A DNA stretch of 64,000 bases from an uncultured Mollicutes bacterium (GTDB taxonomy: Bacteria; Bacillota_I; Bacilli_A; RFN20; CAG-826). Made by a program: the position numbers and the translations under genes. Under the pieces are notes generated by a model. The model was not told where the DNA came from, searched no databases, and was given only the letters and a program-made list of their open reading frames with translations. Positions 39,659-49,255 of this stretch are shown here, in pieces; position 1 is the first letter of the stretch, and each line of letters starts with the position of its first letter. Location of the stretch: NCBI GenBank assembly GCA_900540385.1, contig UQFY01000001.1, positions 11,344 through 75,343 of the forward strand, in the 5' to 3' direction.

Positions 39659-41566
39659 ATGGGAGATAACCAATTTGAACCCTATCCTTGGTCGCTTAAA
39701 CAGGTAGTTGAACAGAACTTCTATGAAGTCCCGATTTATCAAAGACCATACACATGGTCCACTCCGGAAGTGAATTCCCTTTTAGATGACATTTTTTCAG
39801 CTTATCGTTCTAATACGGATCAATCCCGAAATTGCCTTTTCACCGGCCAACTTTTCTTGCGCAAGATGGGTAAAGGGAGTGATGGTGTAAAAGACAAATA
39901 CGAAGTTGTTGATGGACAGCAGCGTCTTACAACTTTTTCTATGATTCTAATCGCCATTTTTTCCATTGCTAGAAAAAGAGGGTTTAAGGACGAGGATAAG
40001 GAAATTGCAGACCTTCGTTCTTTTTTATGGAAATACTCTCAAAGTCAAAGAAACTATAACAAGAATGAACGTTTAATCACTCTATCCAGTATTGACAAGG
40101 ATTTGTTCCAGTTCATTTTTGATTCCGCTTATGATAGTCCCACTGAGATTTTGAAACTTGTTGATGGTTATCCAATTGCATGTGCTACAGAGAGTAATCT
40201 TCGTCTCATGCTTCACAAAGTTTATGAAAGAATCGAAAAGGAGATCCCAATTAGAAAAGATGCTTCCGATGAAATTCTTCATTTTTTGTCGTTTTTATGC
40301 GATAAGACTCTTTTCATTGCTATCCAATCCTCAATCGATATGCCTCGTGTCTTCTCAGTTTTTGAGTCTATTAACAGCAAAGGAAAACCGTTGGATGACA
40401 TTGATAAAATCAAGACGTACATCTTCTCAATCTTGGAAGAAAAGGATTATTCCAGCTATCTCATGCGCTGGGGACAGCTCATCATCAAAACCGATGATAA
40501 ATTAGAGGAATATTTGCAGGTATACATTAAAGCTTTCCTTTTCTATTATCGCCAAAAAATCAACTTGAAGGAATTCAAAGCTATCGCTAGATGCTTACCC
40601 GGCATCTATGGTGTGTCATCTCTGGCCGAAGCATTGAAACGGCTGATTGACGAAATGCTGGCAAAAGCGGATAGCTTTGCTTTGCTCGGAAATGAAGCGA
40701 AAATAGAAAAACTTATCAACAAACCAGAATTCACGACCTTTTACAAGCTTTATTCTTTGAATGGCTATTCGCACCCTAAGTCTTTGTTCTTCCGTGCAAT
40801 GTGTGAATACTTACACACGAAGGACGACGGGACACCAGACCCACTTATTACAAAAGAAGGACTGACCAAGATTGTAAAATCGGCAACCTTGTTCATGTTC
40901 AAGTTCCAATCAATTAAGGGCGGCGATTCTAAAGATGCAATCAGATATTTTGAGAATATCGGTAAGAATTTCTATGGGAAAGTCGCTTTGGACCCAGATT
41001 GGATTTCTTCCGCTTTTGCCAACGCTCTTATAAAAGAAGGCGTAGACAAATCTACGATTCGCTCCGACTTTATCAATATGGACTTCTATTCTAAACGAGA
41101 CCTTGCTTATTGTGTTCTTTCTTTGCTTGAGTCCATTGATACAAAGAAAAATAAAGATGGAACCGTCAGTAACAAGCTGCTTTTCGCTCAAGCATCAGCA
41201 ATGCTGTCTCATATCAAAGATAAAACTTTCCAGGTAGATCATATGCTTCCTCAATCTCCCGATAAAAACGAGCCTAGATTCAAATATTATAAAGATGATA
41301 GTAAGAATCCTGCTGTTTTGGTTTTGAAGGAGGGAAATGATTTTCCAAAAGAAACTGTTATTGATGGCATGAGATATGATGAATTTGAAAGCAGAACAAT
41401 CAATCATATAGGAAACATTCAGCTATTAAACCCTCAGAAAAACGAAGAGAAAGGGAATGGAGTTTATCAACTCCCTAACCATGAAGAATTTACAACCTAT
41501 CAGCAGGTGCTTGATCGTTGTCAAAAAATGGCTGACTTGTTATTCAATACGTCGGATTTAAACTAA
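39659..41566 (+). CDS. GmrSD-family type IV (modification-dependent) restriction enzyme, DUF262 + DUF1524
   Basis: ATG 39659 after SD aaggag; DUF262 motifs YQRPYTW and VVDGQQRLTT; C-terminal His-Me finger-like QVDHMLPQS and INHIGNIQLL. Confidence 0.8.
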   Translation: MGDNQFEPYPWSLKQVVEQNFYEVPIYQRPYTWSTPEVNSLLDDIFSAYRSNTDQSRNCLFTGQLFLRKMGKGSDGVKDKYEVVDGQQRLTTFSMILIAIFSIARKRGFKDEDKEIADLRSFLWKYSQSQRNYNKNERLITLSSIDKDLFQFIFDSAYDSPTEILKLVDGYPIACATESNLRLMLHKVYERIEKEIPIRKDASDEILHFLSFLCDKTLFIAIQSSIDMPRVFSVFESINSKGKPLDDIDKIKTYIFSILEEKDYSSYLMRWGQLIIKTDDKLEEYLQVYIKAFLFYYRQKINLKEFKAIARCLPGIYGVSSLAEALKRLIDEMLAKADSFALLGNEAKIEKLINKPEFTTFYKLYSLNGYSHPKSLFFRAMCEYLHTKDDGTPDPLITKEGLTKIVKSATLFMFKFQSIKGGDSKDAIRYFENIGKNFYGKVALDPDWISSAFANALIKEGVDKSTIRSDFINMDFYSKRDLAYCVLSLLESIDTKKNKDGTVSNKLLFAQASAMLSHIKDKTFQVDHMLPQSPDKNEPRFKYYKDDSKNPAVLVLKEGNDFPKETVIDGMRYDEFESRTINHIGNIQLLNPQKNEEKGNGVYQLPNHEEFTTYQQVLDRCQKMADLLFNTSDLN

Positions 41567-42295
41567 GGATCTGAAACTGATTATAAAGAAGCATTCAGAG
41601 CTTTAGAATCTCCATGGATATAAGTATGGCTGAAGTTTTAGTGCACAGTTATTTTAACTACATTCTAGAACCCTAGAAATTAGTGACTAAACCCGCAACA
41701 TCCTGCCGGCAAGATTTGAACCCCACCAGCAATTAAGGTGGTTTTGTTTCAATTGGGGATGCTATTTAACGACGTATACCCTGGAAGGAGTCGAAAACGG
41801 CAATACGACCAACGGGGATGTATCCGTATCCTGGGAAGACGATGATGTTTCGAAGATTGTCTATTCCCTTGATGGAGGAGAGGGAATTCTATTTGAAAAC
41901 TGCGCTCTCTTCGACAAAGAGGTAAAGTATGTTGTAAAGGTGGTCGATAAGCTAGGAAATGAGACCTTAAAACCTTCACTATCGATAAGACTGTCGATCA
42001 CTCTGTGGCTACTTCGGACGGATATCGATTTTTGTTGTCTACTCGTCGATCTCTTTTCGTAGCACCTTATTCCATGCGGCGAGACCCTCCACGGATTTAT
42101 AGTTCTTATCAAACTGGGAGGTGGTTAGCTTCATTTCGGAGCTGAGCGCCTTTAAACACTGGTTGATGTCTACCAGTAGTGTTTTTTTGAACTCTTTTTC
42201 GCCTTCAAGACCGATCTTCAGTCCGAAACTATCTGCTATATACCGTCATCTCCTTGTAGATGGCATGAAAAAAACACCTTTTCACCGAGAAATTG

Positions 42296-42316
42296 GGACG
42301 AAACCGTCCGAAGTTT
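42296..42316. repeat. hairpin motif GGACGAAACCGTCCGAA downstream of COG1373 paralog 3
   Basis: Read directly; second copy at 43687-43708. Confidence 0.8.
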
Positions 42317-42394
42317 TCGGTGGGAGCCTTCCTGATGGTACGAAAAAGGAGTGTCCCTGAAAGGCCACTCCTCGTAGACATATGAGTTATTTTG

Positions 42395-43678
42395 TCAGAA
42401 CAATTCTACCCGGCCAAGCAGCAGGTCGATCAGATTGCAGTGGAAGATGCCGTTGTCGTCATAAAAATTGTGCTGCACATCCATGCGAACGATAATCTTT
42501 TTGAAGAAATCCTTGGTAAGCATCAGCGATGCCAGTTCGGAAAATTCCTTTTTATCGGTATCCATGCGGAAAGCGGACTGAATATAGATTTTTTTATCCG
42601 CATCGTTTACCACAAAGTCGATCTCTTTCTGAACCTTTCTGTCGCCCGTGCGGTCGCAAACCACACCGACATCAACGGAGTACCCGCGTCGCAGAAGTTC
42701 GTTATAGACCATGTTTTCCATGATATGACCGGGATCGTATTGGCGGTAATTCAGCCGTGCGTTCCGAAGCCCGATATCTGTATAGTAGTATTTGTTCGGA
42801 TATTTGAAATAGGTCTTTCCTTTGACATCATATCGCTTTGCCATTGAAATGAGAAAAGAGTCGATAACATACTGCACATAGTTTGAAACCATCGCAGGAT
42901 TGATTTTTTCGTTCTTCATGGACGCGATGGCGTTTGCGATATTGGTCGGATTCGTCAGCGAACTGATCTGCGAAGCAAGGAAGTCCAGAATATCATTTAG
43001 AACATCCTCGCGCTCGATGCCGTTTCGCTCCACAATATCCTTAACATACAATTCGTTGTAGAGGGAGGTCAGATAATCCTTCTTATCTTTGTCATCCTCC
43101 AGTGCTAAAAGTCTCGGCATACCGCCATAGAGCATATAGGTATCCAGCGCTTTTCGCTCGTCGCCGCCCACGGCAGAATAAAACTCCGCAAATGACAAAG
43201 GGAACACGTGGATCTGTGTAGCACGACCGCGAAACTCTGTTGCGATATCTTTTGACAACCCTTTGGAGTTACTGCCGGTGACATAAACATCAAGGTTTTT
43301 ATATGCCTTGAGTTCGTTCAGCATATCGTAGATGGTAACCTCGATGCCACCGTTTTCCTTGTCCACTACTTTTGTGGTGAGCTGCACCTCATCAATGAAC
43401 AGATAGAATTTTTCATCCTTCCTGCCCTGGACGGCGTTTTCTACATATTCGCACAAAGTGATCGGATTCCTGAGCTTATAGTACCGCCGCTGGTCCAGTT
43501 CGATTTTCAAAATATGATCTTCCGAAACGTTCTGCGAAAGAAGATACTCGAAAAACAGATCGAAAAGCAGTACGGACTTGCCGCATCTGCGTATGCCTGT
43601 GACGACCTTTATCTCGCCGTTCCACATACTGTGGATCAGTCTGTTCATATAGGAATCGCGTTTAACCATATATTTCAC
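42395..43678 (-). CDS. AAA+ ATPase with DUF4143 domain (COG1373 family), paralog 3, in a GC-richer patch
   Basis: VVTGIRRCGKSVLLFDLF P-loop; C-terminal EIDFVV box. Confidence 0.85.
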   Translation of the reverse strand: MKYMVKRDSYMNRLIHSMWNGEIKVVTGIRRCGKSVLLFDLFFEYLLSQNVSEDHILKIELDQRRYYKLRNPITLCEYVENAVQGRKDEKFYLFIDEVQLTTKVVDKENGGIEVTIYDMLNELKAYKNLDVYVTGSNSKGLSKDIATEFRGRATQIHVFPLSFAEFYSAVGGDERKALDTYMLYGGMPRLLALEDDKDKKDYLTSLYNELYVKDIVERNGIEREDVLNDILDFLASQISSLTNPTNIANAIASMKNEKINPAMVSNYVQYVIDSFLISMAKRYDVKGKTYFKYPNKYYYTDIGLRNARLNYRQYDPGHIMENMVYNELLRRGYSVDVGVVCDRTGDRKVQKEIDFVVNDADKKIYIQSAFRMDTDKKEFSELASLMLTKDFFKKIIVRMDVQHNFYDDNGIFHCNLIDLLLGRVELF

Positions 43679-43686
43679 CTCGTACT

Positions 43687-43708
43687 TAGGACGAAACCGT
43701 CCGAACTT
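43687..43708. repeat. hairpin motif GGACGAAACCGTCCGAA upstream of COG1373 paralog 3
   Basis: Read directly. Confidence 0.8.
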
Positions 43709-44295
43709 CTATGTGTAATATACCACGATTTTCGAAAAACATTAAGACTATACGAAAAAAGCTCACAAAGAAGTTACGACGGAAATGGGCTTAGTTCGAG
43801 GTGAAACTGCCGGATATGGGTCAAATGCCGTCCGGGATAATATCGTCGATATGATGCTCTCGTGCCGGGGCGTCCTGCCCGTTATACCGCTTGTGGCACT
43901 CCCATAAGTTCAAAAGCAGGGCAAACGGCATCAGACACGCCTCATCCTGCGACCGATGAAGGTGATCAATTTTACGGTAGCGATATTGATCGGTTTTATA
44001 TTAGCACCACCATTCCTCTCAAGATTCTCGTCAAGGAAGGCCGCTAGAAGGCAGCAAAGCGCCTGATTGAGGAACTTTCCGCTCCGGGAGCCTTCAACCT
44101 CGAATCCGTCAATGCGACAAATCAGAGATTGACTGTGGGTTTAAATTATATGAAGCCGCTCCATATCTTTTCAAAATCGCTGATTCTTGTTATTACATTT
44201 GCATCGGTGACCTGAAAATAGTGGTTTCATCATTTTTAATACTGTATTCCTGTAATTAAATCCCCTTCATTTGAAGGGATTGCTATCTATCTATT

Positions 44296-44690
44296 TGGTG
44301 CGCCTGGCAGGAATTGAACCTGTATGAGTCGCCTCATTAGATCCTAAGTCCTACATAGGGGGCTTCTTTCGTTTGGCTCGCTAAGGAACACGGAAGTGGA
44401 ATCAGACGCACAGGAGGAAATTTGTTGCCAGTCCAAAGTAAGAAAAAGAATGCCAATCAATAGCGTACATTGGCTTTTGCGGACGAGCTGCGGACGGAAG
44501 CGGACGGCCATGGCAAGCCTTATTTTAGACCTGCAGATTGATGGTGTTTCACCAGTCGGAACCGCCTTCGTTCCTGCAAGCATTATAACAAAACAAAATG
44601 CGAATACAATAGGAAAAAACAAAGATTTCATCGAACTTTTTTCGATGCTCGGATAGGGTTCTGTCGTGTTCTATTCAAGGCATGCGGATG
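44296..44690 (-). repeat. ~400-bp GC-rich repeat with tRNA-like 3' end, copy D, preceded by terminator hairpin ATCCCCTTCATTTGAAGGGAT
   Basis: Identical to copy C over ~350 bp. Confidence 0.85.
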
Positions 44691-44890
44691 CATCGGATTT
44701 TGGATGGGGCTATCTTTTGATATACTTATAGAGGCCAAATCAATTGAGAAAAATTAATGGATGCTTTTGTGCTGACTGACCAACTTGTTGTGCATTTGGT
44801 TTAATTTGTTCCTAAGTCTTCTTCTATTAAAAAACAATTGAATGTCACAAGTCAGTAATGAACACGGTTCATTTTGAAGGGGGCTAAATC

Positions 44891-46276
44891 ATGGATTTAG
44901 AAGATAAGATAGGTCGGCAAGAATTTGTGGATAAAGTTTGTGGGGTGATTGATTCACTGAAAAAGGACAACCACATCTGCCTGGCAATTAATGGGTCCTG
45001 GGGAAGCGGGAAGTCGTTCGTTTTAGGAATGATTGAAGATAAGCTTTCACAAAAGCCTGAATATATCGCCATCAAATATGATGCCTGGGAAAACTCTTTT
45101 TATTCCGATCCGCTTATATCTATCCTTTCCTGCATCATTGATGAAGTAGAGGAAAAGTTCCCTTTGCCACCTGGAAAAGAGAATATCAAGCAAGCCGTAA
45201 AGGCTGGCTTTGAAGCTATTGCCGAGGTAACGCCTAAACTACAAAATCTGAAGGCTATCATCAAAGGATTGACTGCCGTTATAAAAAGCTTTCAACATCC
45301 CATTGATACGGCAGATCTTGATGAATTCAAATCGTACAAGAAGCTTTTGAAGGAAACGAAAGAACTTCTGAATAAACTTGCGTCATCGGAAGATGGCGCA
45401 AGTCAAAGCAAACTTATCATCCTTGTCGATGAGATTGATCGTTGCTTGCCTGATGAGCAATTGAAGATATTGGAACGGCTTCACCATTTGTTTGATGTGA
45501 AGAACTGCGCGGTCATCGTTACGATGAATCAAAGCTCTGTGGCAAAAACAGTGGAAACAGTCTATGGAGTTGATGGCTATGAATATCTTCGCAAGTTCTT
45601 TGACTTCACCTTTAGACTCAGCGTGTCTGCGAAAGATTATCTTAGAAATCTACTGAATGATTGCACCAAGATTTTTGTGAAAATGGGCGTGCCCGAAGAC
45701 AAGGCCGAAATTCCCACCAAGCTGGCTTGCCAATGCTTGCTGTACGGGGATAAAAAAGTCCTGGATAAAACAGATAACAGAGAGCTTACCCGATATTACG
45801 AAGGGGTAATGAATGTTTGCAATGACTTTGGATGGGAGAGAATAAGAAATCCCTATTATGTTTTCTTTGTTTTGGTGGCTTTATACATTCGAAGAGTAAT
45901 TGATCCCTCATTTTTAGATACAGAGATGATTTTGTCTAATCAGGCTAAATTTTCAAATGATTTTAAAAGCCTCTCACGGGAAGAAAGAGAGATGAAAATG
46001 CCCTATTTTGATTACTTGAAGAAGCACATAGGATTCGATAGAGAAAACCCTCCAGAAGCATTCGAACAGCTTTATCGCTGGGGAGGAAGCGACATGGCTG
46101 AGTATTGCTGGACCTTTAATGAAACTATTTATTATTCTTTGGCAAAAGAAATTCCCAACAATGATTGGAGAAGATTTTACAGCCAACCGACTGTTAATCC
46201 GGATGATTGCAAAGTGTTGTGTAAGCTAATTGTCTTATATGGCGGGGAGCAACCGAATGTAGTTGATAAAAAGTGA
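44891..46276 (+). CDS. KAP-family P-loop NTPase
   Basis: LAINGSWGSGKSFVLG Walker A and LIILVDEIDRCLPDE Walker B. Confidence 0.8.
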   Translation: MDLEDKIGRQEFVDKVCGVIDSLKKDNHICLAINGSWGSGKSFVLGMIEDKLSQKPEYIAIKYDAWENSFYSDPLISILSCIIDEVEEKFPLPPGKENIKQAVKAGFEAIAEVTPKLQNLKAIIKGLTAVIKSFQHPIDTADLDEFKSYKKLLKETKELLNKLASSEDGASQSKLIILVDEIDRCLPDEQLKILERLHHLFDVKNCAVIVTMNQSSVAKTVETVYGVDGYEYLRKFFDFTFRLSVSAKDYLRNLLNDCTKIFVKMGVPEDKAEIPTKLACQCLLYGDKKVLDKTDNRELTRYYEGVMNVCNDFGWERIRNPYYVFFVLVALYIRRVIDPSFLDTEMILSNQAKFSNDFKSLSREEREMKMPYFDYLKKHIGFDRENPPEAFEQLYRWGGSDMAEYCWTFNETIYYSLAKEIPNNDWRRFYSQPTVNPDDCKVLCKLIVLYGGEQPNVVDKK

Positions 46277-46446
46277 AAACCCCAAAATTTAAGAAAATCG
46301 AGTGAAACTACCTGTCAAGTCCTGAAATTCATAACTTTTGAAACTATAATATAAGCATATTGAAGGGCCTATGGCTCCATTTGCTTACGATCATGGAGTA
46401 CGTAAGGAAACAAGACTCCTTTAAGGAAGAAATAGGAGGATTTTCT

Positions 46447-46600
46447 TATGAACTATGAGTACACAGTCTTTTCAGAGAACAACTATGGAGTTCTCAAACA
46501 GGAACTAAACGATTATGGAAGATATGGCTGGAAGCTTGTCAACGTCGTCTGGGATAATGATAATGCCTGTTTGGTTGCCGTGATGATAAGAGAAAGATAA
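46447..46600 (+). pseudogene. DUF4177-like small ORF, apparently split by a +1 frameshift at a G-run near 46498-46502
   Basis: ATG 46447 with SD aggagga gives MNYEYTVFSENNYGVLKQ; the downstream +1 frame gives ELNDYGRYGWKLVNVVWDNDNACLVAVMIRER ending at 46600; joined they match the DUF4177 pattern (M.YEY......GW.LV.V). Depends on exact G-run length at a line break, so low confidence. Confidence 0.3.
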
Positions 46601-46618
46601 GAGCAAAAAAGAAGTTGA

Positions 46619-46891
46619 TTATTCAACACTCTCTTTGCATTTTTGAATGCATTGATCATATTTTTCTTTATTAAGTTTAAGAGAAGATATTTCTTCTTCG
46701 ATGGCCTCTCTCACTGCCTGTGCAAAAAAATCAGTATCAAAGTTTTCAGCAGGACATTCACATGTAATCTGAGAAACATCAATCTTTTCGGTATCTGTAA
46801 CAAATTTCACTAATTCTGAAAGTGAAGGTGTGTTAGTTTTTAGCTTTGCTATTTGTTGGCCTTTATAAAGAATTATGATTTCATTCGCCAT
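46619..46891 (-). CDS. hypothetical 90-aa protein, last gene of the 7-gene operon, overlapping PHP-ATPase gene end
   Basis: Overlaps upstream gene by 11 nt; no recognisable motif. Confidence 0.5.
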   Translation of the reverse strand: MANEIIILYKGQQIAKLKTNTPSLSELVKFVTDTEKIDVSQITCECPAENFDTDFFAQAVREAIEEEISSLKLNKEKYDQCIQKCKESVE

Positions 46892-49232
46892 ATTTTAATA
46901 ATCTCCGTTCTATTGCACGTTTTCCGCCATCTAGAATTTTAGATATCTTATCAAGAATGTCCTTGTATTCTAGAGCGCCATATTCGTAATTAAATTCATC
47001 ATCAGCTATTTGACTACTCAAAACAACGTTTTCGGAATCGGAATTTACTACAATGTTTGCATCATGCGTTACCACAATAACTTGTCTTTTCTTTTTGAGT
47101 TCCGAGAACCAGGTTGTCAGTTGAGTATAAATTGTTTCGTTGTCTATGTTATCTTCTGGCTGATCAATAATGATAGGGTCGTTGCTTTCTTTGAAAACAA
47201 TATATTCAAGCAAAAGATTTGCTCTAGTTCCTGGAGAGACTGTTTTTAAATCTTTCTTATTGCCAAACTCATCTTGGAATATTATTTCGTTGGTCAATTC
47301 GATTTTGTAGCTCTTAAGATGGTTTAATTCATCATCTAATTCATAGTCTTTTTTTGATTCCAGAAGAACTTCGGAACAATGGTAGCAATATACCTGAATT
47401 AGTTTGAATAGGTCTGCTTTGTCTTTTCTATTTATGTAGAACGATTTCAGCTTATTTAAATCAAAATAGCTGTTAAAAACATCAAATAAGTAATCGTTTA
47501 GGTTCTGAAAATGCAGGCTTCTTTGAAAGTAAAATTTTCTAGAATTGTAACCATTACTTTCTTTTTTAGAGCATTTATTGAAATTAAAATCAAAGATGGC
47601 CAAGTAATTATTCATCAAATGAACTCTAAAATTTATTTTATCGAATTGAGATGCAAAAGATTGTTTAAAAGTTTTAATAGCATCGTCTTTCTTTTTCTTT
47701 TCTTTATTTTGCGCATTGACTTTTGCTTGATACTTATCCGGAATTAAATATCTAAGGTTTTCTAAAATAGCCTTCTTGTTAAAAGTGAAAGTAGAAGAAT
47801 AAATTGCCTGAATATACTTTATTGCTGCTTCTTTAATTTCGGGACAATCGGCCAATTCTTTCGGGACAATTTCATTATTTGTGAGTTTTGAAAACAAGTC
47901 CTGAAAATTGCTATAAGCGACTTGATTATCTTCTTTGCCTTTGGCCCACAAAGAAATTACTTTGCAATCTTGCAGATGGACTACCTTTTTATCTAAAGAT
48001 GTAATGTTCGAATTTGTGGGAGAAGTCTGTTCAAAGCAAGTGATCTTATTTAGTAAATTATTCTTTTCTTGTTCGATACTATAAGTTTCCAAAGAAGAAA
48101 ACTCATCTTTGAAATAAACCGTGGAAACCAAATCACATTTTTTACGGAATAACTCTTGTGCGTATCCCTGATTATAATAGTCAAAATGAAAATCGTGCCC
48201 TTTTAGCGGTTCGCCATTTAAGTCGGAAACACAGTATTGAAGCTTTTCCAAGTAATCAATTCGATCTGGCTGAGATTCTGTGAAAATACTATTGGACAAG
48301 GCTGGGTTTAAATAGAAAGCAGCTCCATCAATTAAGAGACTTTTTCCCGATCCTCTACCGCCAACAACAGAATTTAGACCGGGACTAAATAAAATCCTGT
48401 TATTTCCTTGAGTTATTTCTCCAATGCATTTTCCTTTCATGTCACTTGTCAGCGTTTTTCTTTTTTTGGCAATTCGGTGGCAATCAGTTCCGACTAGTCT
48501 CAAACCATTAAATGTAGGGAGGGAATTGAAATACTGCTTTGGATTGTTGAGGTAGTTTTCTAATTTTTCGAAATTGTTGGAGTCAGAAAATGATATTACT
48601 GAAACTCTGTCTCCTCTGTCGAAATCTTTTAATAGCTCAATTGCTCTTTGAACGTTGGTGTTATTTGACGCCTCCCAAAAGCAGCACATTTGATCTATGT
48701 ATTTATCTATGTTTTGCTTTGTCGACTCTTCATCCCAATTGAATTCAATTCCACGTTTGTCTTGCTTTATGAAATGTGGGCTAATCAAAAATGGAACTTT
48801 TATCTTTGTTATTAAGAAATTTAAGAAGTTGGCAAGCGTTGGAATGTGATTATTCTTAAGAAAGGAGTTTATTTTTTCGGCTTGTGTGTTTAAATCAAAC
48901 TTTTCATCGTCAAAGTAAAATATGATGTGTTTGTAATTGTCTCCGCTCTCGCCCTCTTCTAAATATAAATCTGCTTCTAACCCGATTAGCAGTTTAACGC
49001 TAGTGTTTTTTGATAGGAATTTCTTATAAACCTCCGTGCTAATTTGGTTGTGATCCGTAAAACTGATCATCTCCAAATCTGAATGCTTTGAAAACAATGT
49101 GATTAATCGACTGATGTATGCATCCACGGACATTTTTGAAAATTCATTAGACCCTTTCGGGCATAACGGGGTGTGTATATGAAGATCCCAAACAGAACCT
49201 TCATAGGCTATTGCTCTGTTAATATCTTGCAT
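46881..49232 (-). CDS. PHP-domain phosphoesterase fused to ABC-type (AAA_21/SbcC-like) ATPase
   Basis: N-terminal PHP motifs WDLHIHTP, SFTDHN, GLEAD, SPHF; P-loop VVGGRGSGKSLL; C-terminal Walker B IIIDQPEDNID and H-loop VVTHD. Confidence 0.75.
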   Translation of the reverse strand: MQDINRAIAYEGSVWDLHIHTPLCPKGSNEFSKMSVDAYISRLITLFSKHSDLEMISFTDHNQISTEVYKKFLSKNTSVKLLIGLEADLYLEEGESGDNYKHIIFYFDDEKFDLNTQAEKINSFLKNNHIPTLANFLNFLITKIKVPFLISPHFIKQDKRGIEFNWDEESTKQNIDKYIDQMCCFWEASNNTNVQRAIELLKDFDRGDRVSVISFSDSNNFEKLENYLNNPKQYFNSLPTFNGLRLVGTDCHRIAKKRKTLTSDMKGKCIGEITQGNNRILFSPGLNSVVGGRGSGKSLLIDGAAFYLNPALSNSIFTESQPDRIDYLEKLQYCVSDLNGEPLKGHDFHFDYYNQGYAQELFRKKCDLVSTVYFKDEFSSLETYSIEQEKNNLLNKITCFEQTSPTNSNITSLDKKVVHLQDCKVISLWAKGKEDNQVAYSNFQDLFSKLTNNEIVPKELADCPEIKEAAIKYIQAIYSSTFTFNKKAILENLRYLIPDKYQAKVNAQNKEKKKKDDAIKTFKQSFASQFDKINFRVHLMNNYLAIFDFNFNKCSKKESNGYNSRKFYFQRSLHFQNLNDYLFDVFNSYFDLNKLKSFYINRKDKADLFKLIQVYCYHCSEVLLESKKDYELDDELNHLKSYKIELTNEIIFQDEFGNKKDLKTVSPGTRANLLLEYIVFKESNDPIIIDQPEDNIDNETIYTQLTTWFSELKKKRQVIVVTHDANIVVNSDSENVVLSSQIADDEFNYEYGALEYKDILDKISKILDGGKRAIERRLLKYGE

Positions 49233-49255
49233 CGGTTTCTCCTGCTACGAAAGCT

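Noticed and set aside
41690-41740. A fifth degenerate tRNA-like fragment (GGCAAGATTTGAACC) at the start of the GC-rich patch
   Set aside because: A T-loop-like ATTTGAACC is present but the flanking bases do not form a T-stem or acceptor stem; too weak to call.
42392-42847. Plus-strand 151-aa ORF overlapping COG1373 paralog 3
   Set aside because: Entirely antisense to a conserved-domain gene in a GC-richer patch where spurious long ORFs are expected.
29897-46300. Integron interpretation of the cassette array
   Set aside because: No IntI-type integrase and no attC-like imperfect inverted repeats. Boundaries are instead a tRNA-like element with terminators.
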